Part shown: piece by piece, positions 1-8,997 of the stretch
How the letters are laid out: the number at the start of each line of letters is the position of its first letter
How positions within the stretch are numbered: position 1 is the stretch's first letter
The notes under the pieces: generated by a model
The model's database searches: none
What the model saw: only the letters and a program-made list of their open reading frames with translations
Told to the model about the DNA's origin: nothing
Position numbers and translations under genes: made by a program
Assembly (NCBI GenBank): GCA_019347875.1
Contig: JAHWKN010000003.1
Span: 1 to 45,161 of the forward strand
Source: Candidatus Parcubacteria bacterium
Lineage (GTDB): Bacteria; Patescibacteriota; Saccharimonadia; UBA4664; JAHWKN01
Length of the DNA: 45,161 bases
Direction: 5' to 3'

Positions 1-215
1 AAGTAACCGGCCGAGGACTGTTTGAGGACGACCACAGGGAGGACGAGTTCCGCAGGCCTACAGCTTAACGGTAGCTGGAGGTGTTTCTAGCTGATGAGCC
101 GGCTTGGCAGTTTTTGGGTTACTTTTTGCTGCCAAAAAGTAACGAGAGAGGCGGTAGATAGGAGGATTAGGAGGGGGAAGGGTAGGACCGCTGGGGAGAG
201 GAGGATAGGCGGAGG
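1..215 (+). repeat. Structured intergenic repeat, half-unit H1 (truncated by window start)
   Basis: Core CCGAGGACTGTTTGAG-[tip]-CGAGTTCCGCAGG at 11-56; perfect 11-bp hairpin GTTACTTTTTG/CAAAAAGTAAC at 118-143; purine-rich tail. Homologous to 9070-9653 and 44758-45161. Confidence 0.9.
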
Positions 216-248
216 CCACTTTTAGGCTTCCAGGCTGGGAAGAAAGAT

Positions 249-1634
249 TTAGCGCTTAATCTCTGCCGAGATGATATCAAACCCTTGACCCCCTCTCGCC
301 GGCGGGCGCAGCGCCACCACAAACCGGTGGTCGTTAGTCGAGTAAGCCGGCCCGGCGGCCGCGCTGATCTCGGTCATGTTGGCCCCATCAAACTCCGCCA
401 AATGCAGCCGTCCCTGGCGGTTCAGCAGCACATGGAACCCGTCGTACCAGGTTAGATCGGTCAGGTTAGAGGTGGCGGTCGCCGCGATGACGTCTTTTTC
501 GGTGTCGTAGGTGCCGAACGTGTCACCGGAGTAGAAGGCCAGGAACCGGCCGTCTTCGCTAAACTTAATGTGCTGGGCAGACTTTGACACCACCTTGACG
601 GTCGGGGTAGCCGAGAAGATATCGATGTAGACGCTGGCGGTAGTGGCTTTATGCGGCAAGACGGCTAAGTAATCCTTACCCCGGACGTTAACGTAGGCCA
701 TCTCGTAACTGTCACTTTCGGCCAGCGACTCGATCAAGCGCTTGGGGTCCCGGCCCGACCGGTCCATACTCCAAACGGTTTTGCCCAGCGGTGTGGTCTG
801 AACGTACAAAATGCGGTCGCCGGCAAAGGTGAAGGCACTAACCTTATCGGCCAGCACCGCAGAAACGGTCCTAGCCTCCGCGTCCAGCCGGCGCAGCCCC
901 TCCGGACTCATCCAGTACAGCTCCCGTGAGTTGTTGGGGCTAAAGGCCAGACCGCTAAAATCGAACCGGAACAGCTCCGTCAGGTTAAGAGCTGTGGCGC
1001 CGCCGTTGGTGCCGACCAGCGTATAGACAGGGGCGGCCCCGACTAAAGACTTAACCAACAAACGGGAACCGTCATCGGCCCAGGTGACGCTCTCGATCAC
1101 CTCCGCCGGTCTCCCCAGGGCGGGATCGGCGGGCCGGGGAGTGTAGCGCTTAGTGCCTTCGCGGCGGTCGAAGTTGAGCGTCCAAACGCCGGGATCGCTG
1201 CCGGTAGTAACGTAGGCGAAGTGGCGGCGGTCGGGGGTAGCGCTCAGCTGGCTGGCCGCGCGGCCGCCGATTAAGGTGTTTGTCTTGATTTCGGTCGGCA
1301 GTAGCAGGCTATAGGGGACGAAGGTGACCTCCGAGGGGTTGACAACCAGGCGTTTTTGCCAGGTTCGAAAGCCGTCTTTACGCACCTCGATCCGGTAAGA
1401 GCCGGCCTCCAGAGTGGCGCGGTAAGGAGTCTTGCGCCTGATTGGGGCGCCGTCAAACAAAATCGTCGCGCCTTGGGGGGTCGAGTTTAGTACCAGTAGC
1501 CCTTTCAGGCTAATCCGGCCGGTCTTGACATCGTAGCTGTAGCCTTTGGCGATCGCCACCAACACAACGGTCGCTACCACCACCAAGATGGCCACCAGCA
1601 GGTAAGATAGAACTGTCAGTAAACGTTTCACCAT
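249..1634 (-). CDS. Membrane-anchored PEGA-domain protein with C-terminal beta-propeller (TolB-like)
   Basis: N-terminal TM helix; PEGA signature (LNSTPQGATILFDG...TP...LEAGSYRIEVRKDGFRTW); repeated W/FS-xDG-type blades. Confidence 0.8.
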   Translation of the reverse strand: MVKRLLTVLSYLLVAILVVVATVVLVAIAKGYSYDVKTGRISLKGLLVLNSTPQGATILFDGAPIRRKTPYRATLEAGSYRIEVRKDGFRTWQKRLVVNPSEVTFVPYSLLLPTEIKTNTLIGGRAASQLSATPDRRHFAYVTTGSDPGVWTLNFDRREGTKRYTPRPADPALGRPAEVIESVTWADDGSRLLVKSLVGAAPVYTLVGTNGGATALNLTELFRFDFSGLAFSPNNSRELYWMSPEGLRRLDAEARTVSAVLADKVSAFTFAGDRILYVQTTPLGKTVWSMDRSGRDPKRLIESLAESDSYEMAYVNVRGKDYLAVLPHKATTASVYIDIFSATPTVKVVSKSAQHIKFSEDGRFLAFYSGDTFGTYDTEKDVIAATATSNLTDLTWYDGFHVLLNRQGRLHLAEFDGANMTEISAAAGPAYSTNDHRFVVALRPPARGGQGFDIISAEIKR

Positions 1635-1742
1635 TAGCTTTATTGTACCTCAAATCCGACCCAAGCAAACCGTAATCGTGTACCGGGGAGCGCACCGACG
1701 GTAGCGGTAGCGCCGCGGCTACTTACTGGTTATACTTGTGGT

Positions 1743-2750
1743 ATGTTTTCAAAACGCATCGCCATCGATCTAGGCACCGCTAACGTTTTAGTGTACCTGC
1801 CTAAGCGTGGAATCGTGGTTAATGAACCGAGCGTGGTGGCCATTAGCGTGGAGGACAACCGGATCGTTGCCATTGGGGCCGATGCCAAAGAAATGCTGGG
1901 ACGCACACCCGACTCGATTACGGCCTCAAAGCCGCTGCGCGACGGGGTAATCGCCGACTACCGCATCACCCAAGCCATGATCCGCCACTACATCGCCAAG
2001 GTTTCGGGGGGCTGGCGCTTGAGCAGGCCTGACGTCATGGTCTGCGTGCCGGCCGGAGCGACTTCGACCGAACGGCGGGCCGTCATCGATGCCACGCTGG
2101 CGGCCGGGGCTAGGGCGGCGTACATCATTAAAGAGCCGGTGGCCGCGGCGATCGGCGCCGGCATCCCGATCGCCTCAGCCGCCGGCAACATGGTGGTCGA
2201 CATCGGCGGCGGCACCACCGAGATCGCCATCCTGTCGCTGGGCGGCGTGGTGGCCGAAAACAGTATCCGGGTGGGGGGCAACAAGATCGATTCTGCCATC
2301 GCCGAGTACATCCGCCGGCGCTACAGCCTGGCTATCGGTGACCGCACCGCTGAACAGATTAAGCAGCAGCTGGGCAGCGCGCTGGTGTTGGCCAAAGACG
2401 TGCCCATGGAGATCCGTGGACGCGACATCGTGGCCGGCCTGCCCAAGACTATCACCATTCACTCCAATGAGATCACCACCGCCATCGCCGATGAGCTGGA
2501 GAAGATCATCCAGGCCATCAGGGCGGTGCTGGAGCAAACGCCGCCGGAGCTATCGAGCGACATTATCGACCGCGGCATGATCCTCACCGGCGGCGGCGCT
2601 TTGCTGAAAAACCTTGATAAAATGCTAACCAACGTCACCGGCGTACCCTGCGTAGTGGCTGAAGACGCCTTGCTGTGCGTCGCCCGCGGCACCGGCATCG
2701 CCCTGGATAACCTGGATGAGTACAAACGCAGCCTGGCGGGAGTTAAGTAG
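1743..2750 (+). CDS. mreB: Rod shape-determining protein MreB
   Basis: IAIDLGTAN, EPSVVA, PLRDGVIAD, VDIGGGTTE and LTGGGALL actin-like motifs. TATACT 6 nt before the ATG. Confidence 0.97.
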   Translation: MFSKRIAIDLGTANVLVYLPKRGIVVNEPSVVAISVEDNRIVAIGADAKEMLGRTPDSITASKPLRDGVIADYRITQAMIRHYIAKVSGGWRLSRPDVMVCVPAGATSTERRAVIDATLAAGARAAYIIKEPVAAAIGAGIPIASAAGNMVVDIGGGTTEIAILSLGGVVAENSIRVGGNKIDSAIAEYIRRRYSLAIGDRTAEQIKQQLGSALVLAKDVPMEIRGRDIVAGLPKTITIHSNEITTAIADELEKIIQAIRAVLEQTPPELSSDIIDRGMILTGGGALLKNLDKMLTNVTGVPCVVAEDALLCVARGTGIALDNLDEYKRSLAGVK

Positions 2751-2755
2751 CGGTA

Positions 2756-4129
2756 GTGAGCAGACAGGAGTCTTCCGCACGCCACGCCGCCGCCGGGCTC
2801 CCCATTAGCCGTTTCTTAAGCGGCGGCGTTCAAGCCTTGACCGCCCTGATGCCCTTTCACGCCTTTTTAGCGGTCTACCTCGGCTCCGTCTTTGGCCGGC
2901 AGGAGGTGTTCCAGGCTTGGAAGGAACTCTTAATCCTAATGATGGCGGCGGCTGTGGCTGTGCCGCGTCACTACCCCCGGCTGCTGGAAATCGCCAAGCG
3001 GCCGCTTAACTTGCTGGTGATTGCCTACGGCGCGCTTAGTCTACTGGTCAGCCTGGCTAACGGGAACGTCACAACCGCTAGTTTCTGGTTCGGAGTCAAA
3101 ACCAACCTGGAGTTTTTGATCTTGTTTTTGCTGGCCCAAACGGTGGCCTCCCAGTGGCTGGAACGGCGGCTGGCGGCCATCATCATCGCCACCACCACCG
3201 TTGTGGCCGGGTTCGGGTTTTTACAGGTAGTAGCCCTGCCGCCGGACTGGCTAATTAACTTCGGATATGGGCCCGGTACCATTGAGCCGTTCCGGCTGGT
3301 CGATCCGGCCGTTAACGCCGTCCGCATCCTGTCGACGCTCGGCGGCCCCAACCAGCTGGGTAGTTTTTTGATCCTGCCGATTGCCGCCATGATCTGGTTA
3401 CTAATCAAGAACCGCCGGTGGATCCTACTGGTGCCGCTGGCACTTAGTGTCTTTACGCTGATTCATACTTACGCCCGCGCCGCTTGGGCTGGAGCGGTAG
3501 TGGCGGTAGCTATCGTCATCCTGGCCAGCCTGCCGCGCAAACTGGCGCTGGGAGTAGCTGCCGCCGGGCTGGTGATTGGAGTGATGGGCGGACAGTGGGC
3601 TGTCGGACAGATCAATCAAAGAAGCCAGCTGCAGTTCTATCTGCTGCACGGCCAGGTGCTGGACGGCGTTGTCCGGGGATCGGATGACGGGCGGCTGGTG
3701 GCGCTGGAACGGGGCTTAAACGAGGCCCTATCACGCCCGCTGGGCCAGGGCTTGGGCGCCGCCGGCCCGGCCTCTTTCCGGTCCGGTGACGCCCTGGTGA
3801 CCGAAAACTACTACTTGCAGCTGGCGATCGAAACGGGCCTTGCCGGTCTGCTGCTGTTTGTCGCCCTGTCGGTCCTGCTGGCGGTTGAGCTGTACCGACG
3901 TCGCGACTCGGTTCTGGCCGTCCCGCTACTGGCGGCCCTAGCCGGGATCAGCCTTATCAACCTGGTGCTGCACGGTTGGGCCGACAGCTCAACCGCCCTG
4001 GTGTTCTGGGCGGCGGCCGGAGTGGTTATTAGAAATCCACGGACAAGGGCCGCTAAAGGGCCCGGCCAAAGCCAGCGGCAAAACCTCGTAAACGAAGCTA
4101 ATAATCGTGTCGCAGCAAACCAAGTTTAA
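2756..4129 (+). CDS. O-antigen ligase (Wzy_C-like) family membrane protein
   Basis: About 10-12 TM segments; R..STLGGPNQLG, TYARAAW, PLGQGLG and ENYYLQLAIETGL motifs. Start codon uncertain. Confidence 0.8.
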   Translation: MSRQESSARHAAAGLPISRFLSGGVQALTALMPFHAFLAVYLGSVFGRQEVFQAWKELLILMMAAAVAVPRHYPRLLEIAKRPLNLLVIAYGALSLLVSLANGNVTTASFWFGVKTNLEFLILFLLAQTVASQWLERRLAAIIIATTTVVAGFGFLQVVALPPDWLINFGYGPGTIEPFRLVDPAVNAVRILSTLGGPNQLGSFLILPIAAMIWLLIKNRRWILLVPLALSVFTLIHTYARAAWAGAVVAVAIVILASLPRKLALGVAAAGLVIGVMGGQWAVGQINQRSQLQFYLLHGQVLDGVVRGSDDGRLVALERGLNEALSRPLGQGLGAAGPASFRSGDALVTENYYLQLAIETGLAGLLLFVALSVLLAVELYRRRDSVLAVPLLAALAGISLINLVLHGWADSSTALVFWAAAGVVIRNPRTRAAKGPGQSQRQNLVNEANNRVAANQV

Positions 4130-4994
4130 AAAGTACCGACTACTGGGGGTGGAGGTAGACGCCGCTACCACCGCGCAGGCTATCGATTACATAGCCGCTG
4201 TGGCAGCCAACCCCCAGTCGCCGGCCTGCTACGTCACCAAACCGTACGTCGAGTTTCTAGACCAGGCCTATGCAGATCGCGAGATTCGCCAGCTGCTGAA
4301 CCAATCCGAACTGAGCATGGCCGACGGCGTGGCGCTGAGCTGGGCGGCCTACTACCTTTACGGCGGGGCGCACAACGTCGGGCGTCTGTTTTACACTTTA
4401 GCTCAAATTGTGTTGCAGCCTGATGCGCTACGTAAGATTTTGCCTGAGCGGGCCGCCGGCACCAACTTTACCTGGCCGCTGCTTGAGCGCTGCCAGTCAC
4501 AACGTCTATCTGTTTTTCTGATCGGCTCGCCCAAACATAACGCAATTACCTATACCGCCGCCGCCATCAAGCGGCGTCTGCCGGATCTGCAAATCGTCGG
4601 TACGGCGGCCGGTGAAGTTGCCGGCCAGCAACACGCCCAGCTACAGACGGCGCTCAGGACCGGGCATCCGGAAAGGGAGTTGGCCGAGACGCTGATGCTC
4701 GCTAAGCCGGACGTCATCCTGGTCGGCATGGGTTTCCCCCTGCAAGAGCAGCTGATGGCGCGGCTGGTACAACATCTGCCGCACGGGGTGCTGATCGGCG
4801 AGGGGGGAACCTTCGATTACCGCTCCTTCGGCGGGCAGCGGCCAAAAGCCCCGCGACTGATGCAGGCAACAGGCCTGGAGTGGCTGTGGCGGTTGATGCT
4901 TGAGCCCCGGCGCCTGCGCCGGCAGCTGGCCATCCCGCGCTTTATCTGGCGGGTGTGGCGGGAAGGTAAAAAGGGTCTTGGTGCTAACACATAG
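4107..4994 (+). CDS. WecB/TagA/CpsF family glycosyltransferase
   Basis: ADGVAL, ERAAG, PDVILVGMGFPLQE, GEGGTFD and GLEWLWRL motifs. Confidence 0.92.
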   Translation: MSQQTKFKKYRLLGVEVDAATTAQAIDYIAAVAANPQSPACYVTKPYVEFLDQAYADREIRQLLNQSELSMADGVALSWAAYYLYGGAHNVGRLFYTLAQIVLQPDALRKILPERAAGTNFTWPLLERCQSQRLSVFLIGSPKHNAITYTAAAIKRRLPDLQIVGTAAGEVAGQQHAQLQTALRTGHPERELAETLMLAKPDVILVGMGFPLQEQLMARLVQHLPHGVLIGEGGTFDYRSFGGQRPKAPRLMQATGLEWLWRLMLEPRRLRRQLAIPRFIWRVWREGKKGLGANT

Positions 4995-5119
4995 GGCCCA
5001 CCGGCCGCATTCCTCATGCGCTACTCAGCACCGCCTGCCCGCCGGCAACACAAAGACTATTGATTATGCTTGGGCCGAGTAGTAATATAAGCATAAGATT
5101 TATAAGCCGAGGGTAAAAA

Positions 5120-6712
5120 GTGCAGTGTCAACGCTGCGGTAAAAGCGACAAGGTCACCATCGGGGAGCGAAACTACTGTACGCACTGCGGCACGGTCATG
5201 GATCAGGCCGCACCCGTCAACCCGCCGGCCGCCGTCACCACCGGCTACACCGCTGCGCCCAGCGCAGGCCCGCGGACCCGTATGAACGACATCGCCCTAC
5301 CTAAGCCCGCACCAGCACCGGCAGCGGCTCCGGCCGGCTCAGCCACAGCTCCCGTTAGCCCGACAGCTCCGGTCGGTCCGGCTAAGGCTCCGGTCGGTTC
5401 GACTACGGCTCCGGTCAGTTCAACTCCGGTCGGTTCGACTTCGGCTCCGGCCAGTTCGGCCCTCGCTAATCAAAACAACAGCGTTGGACCCAATCCCGCC
5501 CAGAGATTCCACGCCGCTCCCACGCCCGGATCGCCAAAGGTGCTTGATTTAAGCCGGGCGCCGGTTACCGGCTTAGCCGTACCGGCGCAACCGTCCACAG
5601 CCGCCAACACACCAGCCAAACCGCCGGTACCACCATCTGAAACGGCCGTGAGGGTGGCTGCCGGTGCTACTAACCGGCCGGCTGCGGCGAGCCCCGCCCC
5701 GTCCGCACCAGTAGCGCCCCCTCCCGCGATGGCATACCCGGTACCGGCCAAACCGGTGGTTACGCCTCCTGCCGCCGCGGCCCCGGCCAGCCCAGCCTCA
5801 ACCGCGGTTGCCGCGACAGACCGCAAAGAAGCCCGTTTAGCTCGCGCCGCCACAATTGGTAAGAGTGAAATGGTCCAGAAGTTCGTTAAACCTACCCAAG
5901 TAACTGAGGCGAAAACCGTCTCCGCCACGCCTCAACCGCGGCCGACCGCTCAGCCTGCAGCGCCCCCGGCCGCTCTGGCCCCCCGGGTGCCGATGCCGCC
6001 TGCTCCCCAGGCCGTTCCCGCGCCGGTAGCGGCCCGCCCTGCGCCCCCAAGCGCCCCGACATCGCCGCCACCTCGCCCTGCGCCCCCAAGCATTACGACC
6101 GCGTTGCCGGCAACCCGCCTCGCGCCCGCTCCGGCAACCCCGCCTACTCCACCCCGGCTGCCCAATGAAGTAGCCACCCAGATCGCCGCCATGCAGGGGC
6201 TGATCCCGCCGGTTAAACCTGCCCAGCCCGCCGCCGCACCGGTTAACCCAAGCGCCGGTCCCAGCCCGGCCGGCCTGATGGCCGCCATTGCCGCCATCGC
6301 CATTATTGGCGGAGTGATTTGGCAAAACAACTATCCCAACATCGCCCTACAGTCGGCCGCCCAAAAAGCCGGCATTCAGGCCAACCTGCCCAGCTACGTC
6401 CCCTCCAGCTACCGCCTCGACCAGCAGATCACCTACGGGCCCGGGCAGCTGTCGCTGCGGTTTAGCGCGCCCGGCGACTCCGAACCGCTGACCATTACAC
6501 AGCGTAAAACCAACTGGAACTCCACAGCCCTGCTGGAGTACTACATCGCTCCCAAAACCAAGCACTACATCAGTGTGCAAAGCCAGGGACTGACGATCTA
6601 CCTGTACAACAACCACGATGCCAGCTGGGTCAATAAGGGCATGCAGTACGTCATCGAGGGCAACACCCGGCTCAACCGCGACCAAATCATCAAGATTGCC
6701 GAAAGCCTGTAA
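5120..6712 (+). CDS. Zn-ribbon / Pro-Ala-rich / TM / DUF4367-like protein
   Basis: CxxC..CxxC N-terminus; ~360-aa low-complexity P/A linker; one TM; C-terminal LPSYVPSSY...ASW...QYVIEG...LNRDQIIKIAESL domain. Confidence 0.7.
   Translation: MQCQRCGKSDKVTIGERNYCTHCGTVMDQAAPVNPPAAVTTGYTAAPSAGPRTRMNDIALPKPAPAPAAAPAGSATAPVSPTAPVGPAKAPVGSTTAPVSSTPVGSTSAPASSALANQNNSVGPNPAQRFHAAPTPGSPKVLDLSRAPVTGLAVPAQPSTAANTPAKPPVPPSETAVRVAAGATNRPAAASPAPSAPVAPPPAMAYPVPAKPVVTPPAAAAPASPASTAVAATDRKEARLARAATIGKSEMVQKFVKPTQVTEAKTVSATPQPRPTAQPAAPPAALAPRVPMPPAPQAVPAPVAARPAPPSAPTSPPPRPAPPSITTALPATRLAPAPATPPTPPRLPNEVATQIAAMQGLIPPVKPAQPAAAPVNPSAGPSPAGLMAAIAAIAIIGGVIWQNNYPNIALQSAAQKAGIQANLPSYVPSSYRLDQQITYGPGQLSLRFSAPGDSEPLTITQRKTNWNSTALLEYYIAPKTKHYISVQSQGLTIYLYNNHDASWVNKGMQYVIEGNTRLNRDQIIKIAESL
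5326..5460 (+). repeat. Intragenic 18-21 bp tandem repeats (APV[G/S]ST-like peptide)
   Basis: About six GCTCCGGYC(G/A)GTTC-like units in frame. Confidence 0.65.
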
Positions 6713-6723
6713 CCCGCGCCATT

Positions 6724-6793
6724 AGACTTGTGACGTTTGACCGGTGAGATTTGACTTACAAGTTAAGGGTTAATTGTCAAACGTCAAATGTTA
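6724..6793. repeat. 7-bp-periodic inverted array (TGAC)x5-loop-(GTYA)x5
   Basis: AGAC/TGAC/TGAC/TGAG/TGAC at 6724, 6731, 6738, 6745, 6752; GTTA/GTTA/GTCA/GTCA/GTTA at 6762, 6769, 6776, 6783, 6790. Confidence 0.8.
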
Positions 6794-6802
6794 CCCCATA
6801 CT
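6774..6802 (+). promoter_or_regulatory. Sigma70-like promoter for a leaderless gene
   Basis: TTGTCA-17 bp-CATACT, 6 nt before ATG 6809. Confidence 0.6.
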
Positions 6803-6808
6803 GGTGGT

Positions 6809-7144
6809 ATGGACGACAGAGGCTGGGACAAGATCATCGATGCCATCGACGCCAAGTTCGGTATCTCCAGCCACGGCCGCCGCAAAGAGCCGTTGGCCGA
6901 TAAACCGGAACTAGAGCAGGCGGTGTCATACATTTGCTTTGCAAAGGGCGGACGCGAGTACAAGTTGGAACGCGTAGCCGCTCCCGCCATCATCGACCGC
7001 AAAAGCCACTACAGTAAAACCGCCGGCTCGGGAGTGCGGTTCGAAAACATCTACGACCCGGCGGAGCTGTCTTATAAAACCAACTTTTACTTAAAAGAGG
7101 CGGGGGAGTGGACCCCGATCGATCCGTCCGAGCTGTCTCTATAG
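6809..7144 (+). CDS. Hypothetical protein
   Basis: Clean ORF with genome-typical codon use. Start placed at ATG 6809 from promoter spacing (ORF track gives 6788). Confidence 0.75.
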   Translation: MDDRGWDKIIDAIDAKFGISSHGRRKEPLADKPELEQAVSYICFAKGGREYKLERVAAPAIIDRKSHYSKTAGSGVRFENIYDPAELSYKTNFYLKEAGEWTPIDPSELSL

Positions 7145-7163
7145 GTGTGCTAAGCTAGCTGGT

Positions 7164-8603
7164 ATGAAACAACCGGTACGAGTCCGCTTTGCGCCCAGCC
7201 CGACAGGATCACTGCATCTGGGGGGTATTCGCTCAGCCTTGTTCAACTGGCTGTACAGCCGCAAATCCGGCGGACGTCTTGTTCTCCGCATAGAAGATAC
7301 CGACCGTGAGCGCTACGTGCCAGAAGCGGTCAATCAGATCCAAGAAAGTTTGGCTTGGCTGGGGCTAGAACCCGATGAGGGCGGAAAGGCCGGCGGCCAG
7401 TTCGGTCCTTATGCTCAATCCGAACGTTTGCCCTTGTATAAAACCGCGGCTGAAAAACTGGTAGCGGATGGGTGGCTGTACCCCTGCTGGTGCAGCTCCG
7501 AGCGCCTCACTCAACTGCGCCAAGCGGCCCAGGCCAACCACACCGCCTTTAAATACGACCGCTACTGCCTAAAACACCCCCAAGACAAAGGCGGACCCCA
7601 TGTACTGCGCTTTAAAGTACCCGATGAACCGGCCACAGTCCGGTGGGATGACGCGGTTAAGGGGATGCTAGAGTTTCAAACCAAAGAGCAGGACGACTTC
7701 GTGGCGGTCAAAAGCGACGGCTACCCCACCTACAACTTCGCCAACGTGGTGGACGACCACGCCATGCAGATCAGCCACGTTTTACGGGCGGAGGAGTTTA
7801 TACCCAGCACCCCGAAGCATATTTTACTGTACCAAGCTTATGGCTGGGAAACGCCGGTCTTTGCGCACCTGCCGCAGGTCCTAGGAAGTGATAAGAGCAA
7901 ACTAAGCAAGCGCCACGGCGCCAAATCGGTACTGGAGTATCGCGATGAGGGTTACTTGCCCGAGGCGGTGATCAACTTTTTAGCCGGGCTGGGCTGGAAC
8001 GCCGGTGAGGGTTCGACCAAGGAGATTTATACCCGCGAGGAGCTGACAAACGCGTTTAGTCTGGAGCGCGTCCAATCCAGCCCGGCGGTGTTCGACCCCG
8101 AGCGGCTCAACTGGCTAAACGGCGTCTACATCCGCTCGCTGCCGCTGGACCGGCTGGCTGAGGCCTGTGCAGGTTTTTGGCCTGCGGTAGCCGCTAAAGC
8201 CAAGGCCGACCATAAAAAAGCGGTGCTGGCACTGGTACAGGAGCGCTTAAAGTACCTAGCCGAGCTGCCGGAGCTGACCCGGTTCTTCTTTACCGATCCA
8301 GCCAGCCTGCCCTTCGATCAGCTAAAGACCGACCCGGCCGCCGCCAAAACCTACCTCCAGGCCAGCCTGGAGGGGCTGGAGGCCGCTAACTTTACCCATG
8401 CGGAGCTGGAAGCGACCCTGCGCGGGCTGGCCGAGCGGCTGGAGGTTAAACCGGGAGCGTTGTTTGGCGTCGTGCGCGTTGCCATCACCGGCCAGACGGC
8501 CGCTCCCGGTTTATTTGAGACCATGCTGGTGTTAGGACGCGAAGCGGTGCTTAGGAGACTGAAAACCGCCCGGGATAGGCTGGCAGAGACGGCAAAAAGT
8601 TGA
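7164..8603 (+). CDS. gltX: Glutamate--tRNA ligase
   Basis: RFAPSPTG.LHLGG (HIGH), LRIEDTD and KLSKR (KMSKS) motifs; anticodon-binding C-terminus. Confidence 0.97.
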   Translation: MKQPVRVRFAPSPTGSLHLGGIRSALFNWLYSRKSGGRLVLRIEDTDRERYVPEAVNQIQESLAWLGLEPDEGGKAGGQFGPYAQSERLPLYKTAAEKLVADGWLYPCWCSSERLTQLRQAAQANHTAFKYDRYCLKHPQDKGGPHVLRFKVPDEPATVRWDDAVKGMLEFQTKEQDDFVAVKSDGYPTYNFANVVDDHAMQISHVLRAEEFIPSTPKHILLYQAYGWETPVFAHLPQVLGSDKSKLSKRHGAKSVLEYRDEGYLPEAVINFLAGLGWNAGEGSTKEIYTREELTNAFSLERVQSSPAVFDPERLNWLNGVYIRSLPLDRLAEACAGFWPAVAAKAKADHKKAVLALVQERLKYLAELPELTRFFFTDPASLPFDQLKTDPAAAKTYLQASLEGLEAANFTHAELEATLRGLAERLEVKPGALFGVVRVAITGQTAAPGLFETMLVLGREAVLRRLKTARDRLAETAKS

Positions 8604-8673
8604 ATTACAGGCTAAATAGAGCCTGCTTACTGCCGCCTGCTTAGTTTTAACCAATGCCGCCCCCCTGATTTGT

Positions 8674-8702
8674 TTGACAGCTTAGGTTAAAAGCCCTATA
8701 GT
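8674..8702 (+). promoter_or_regulatory. Near-consensus sigma70 promoter
   Basis: TTGACA-17 bp-TATAGT; GAGGT RBS before ATG 8728. Confidence 0.75.
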
Positions 8703-8727
8703 GCAAGCACTTAAGTATGAGGTATGA

Positions 8728-8931
8728 ATGAGCGTCCAATTTTACGACGTCAAGTCGCGTCAAGCCGTCGAAGTTCCTGAAAGCGATGTCACAAAGGTCA
8801 AGTACGAGCGCACCACCAGCACCGGGAAGAACCAGGTTCGCTACGCGCTGCGGGGCAACTACGACGGACGCAAGGTGACCAAGTTCGTCAACCAGGCTAC
8901 CTGGGAGGCCACCGACGCCGCAGAAGAGTAG
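8728..8931 (+). CDS. Small beta-rich protein, CC1/DUF5679-like candidate DNA-binding protein
   Basis: 67 aa with own promoter, RBS and terminator; FYDVKSRQAVE...RYALRG..GRKVTKFV pattern. Confidence 0.75.
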   Translation: MSVQFYDVKSRQAVEVPESDVTKVKYERTTSTGKNQVRYALRGNYDGRKVTKFVNQATWEATDAAEE

Positions 8932-8951
8932 AAACGCTGCTTGCGTATCAA

Positions 8952-8980
8952 AAAAGAGAGCCCACCTAGGGCTCTCTTTT
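8952..8980. terminator. Bidirectional intrinsic terminator
   Basis: AAAAGAGAGCCC-ACCTA-GGGCTCTCTTTT. Confidence 0.88.
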
Positions 8981-8997
8981 GATTAGCCTGTGCGCTA

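Noticed and set aside
88-112. CTGATGAG followed by a small stem, resembling a hammerhead ribozyme core
   Set aside because: The required GAAA after stem II is missing and the motif is not conserved in the other repeat copies.
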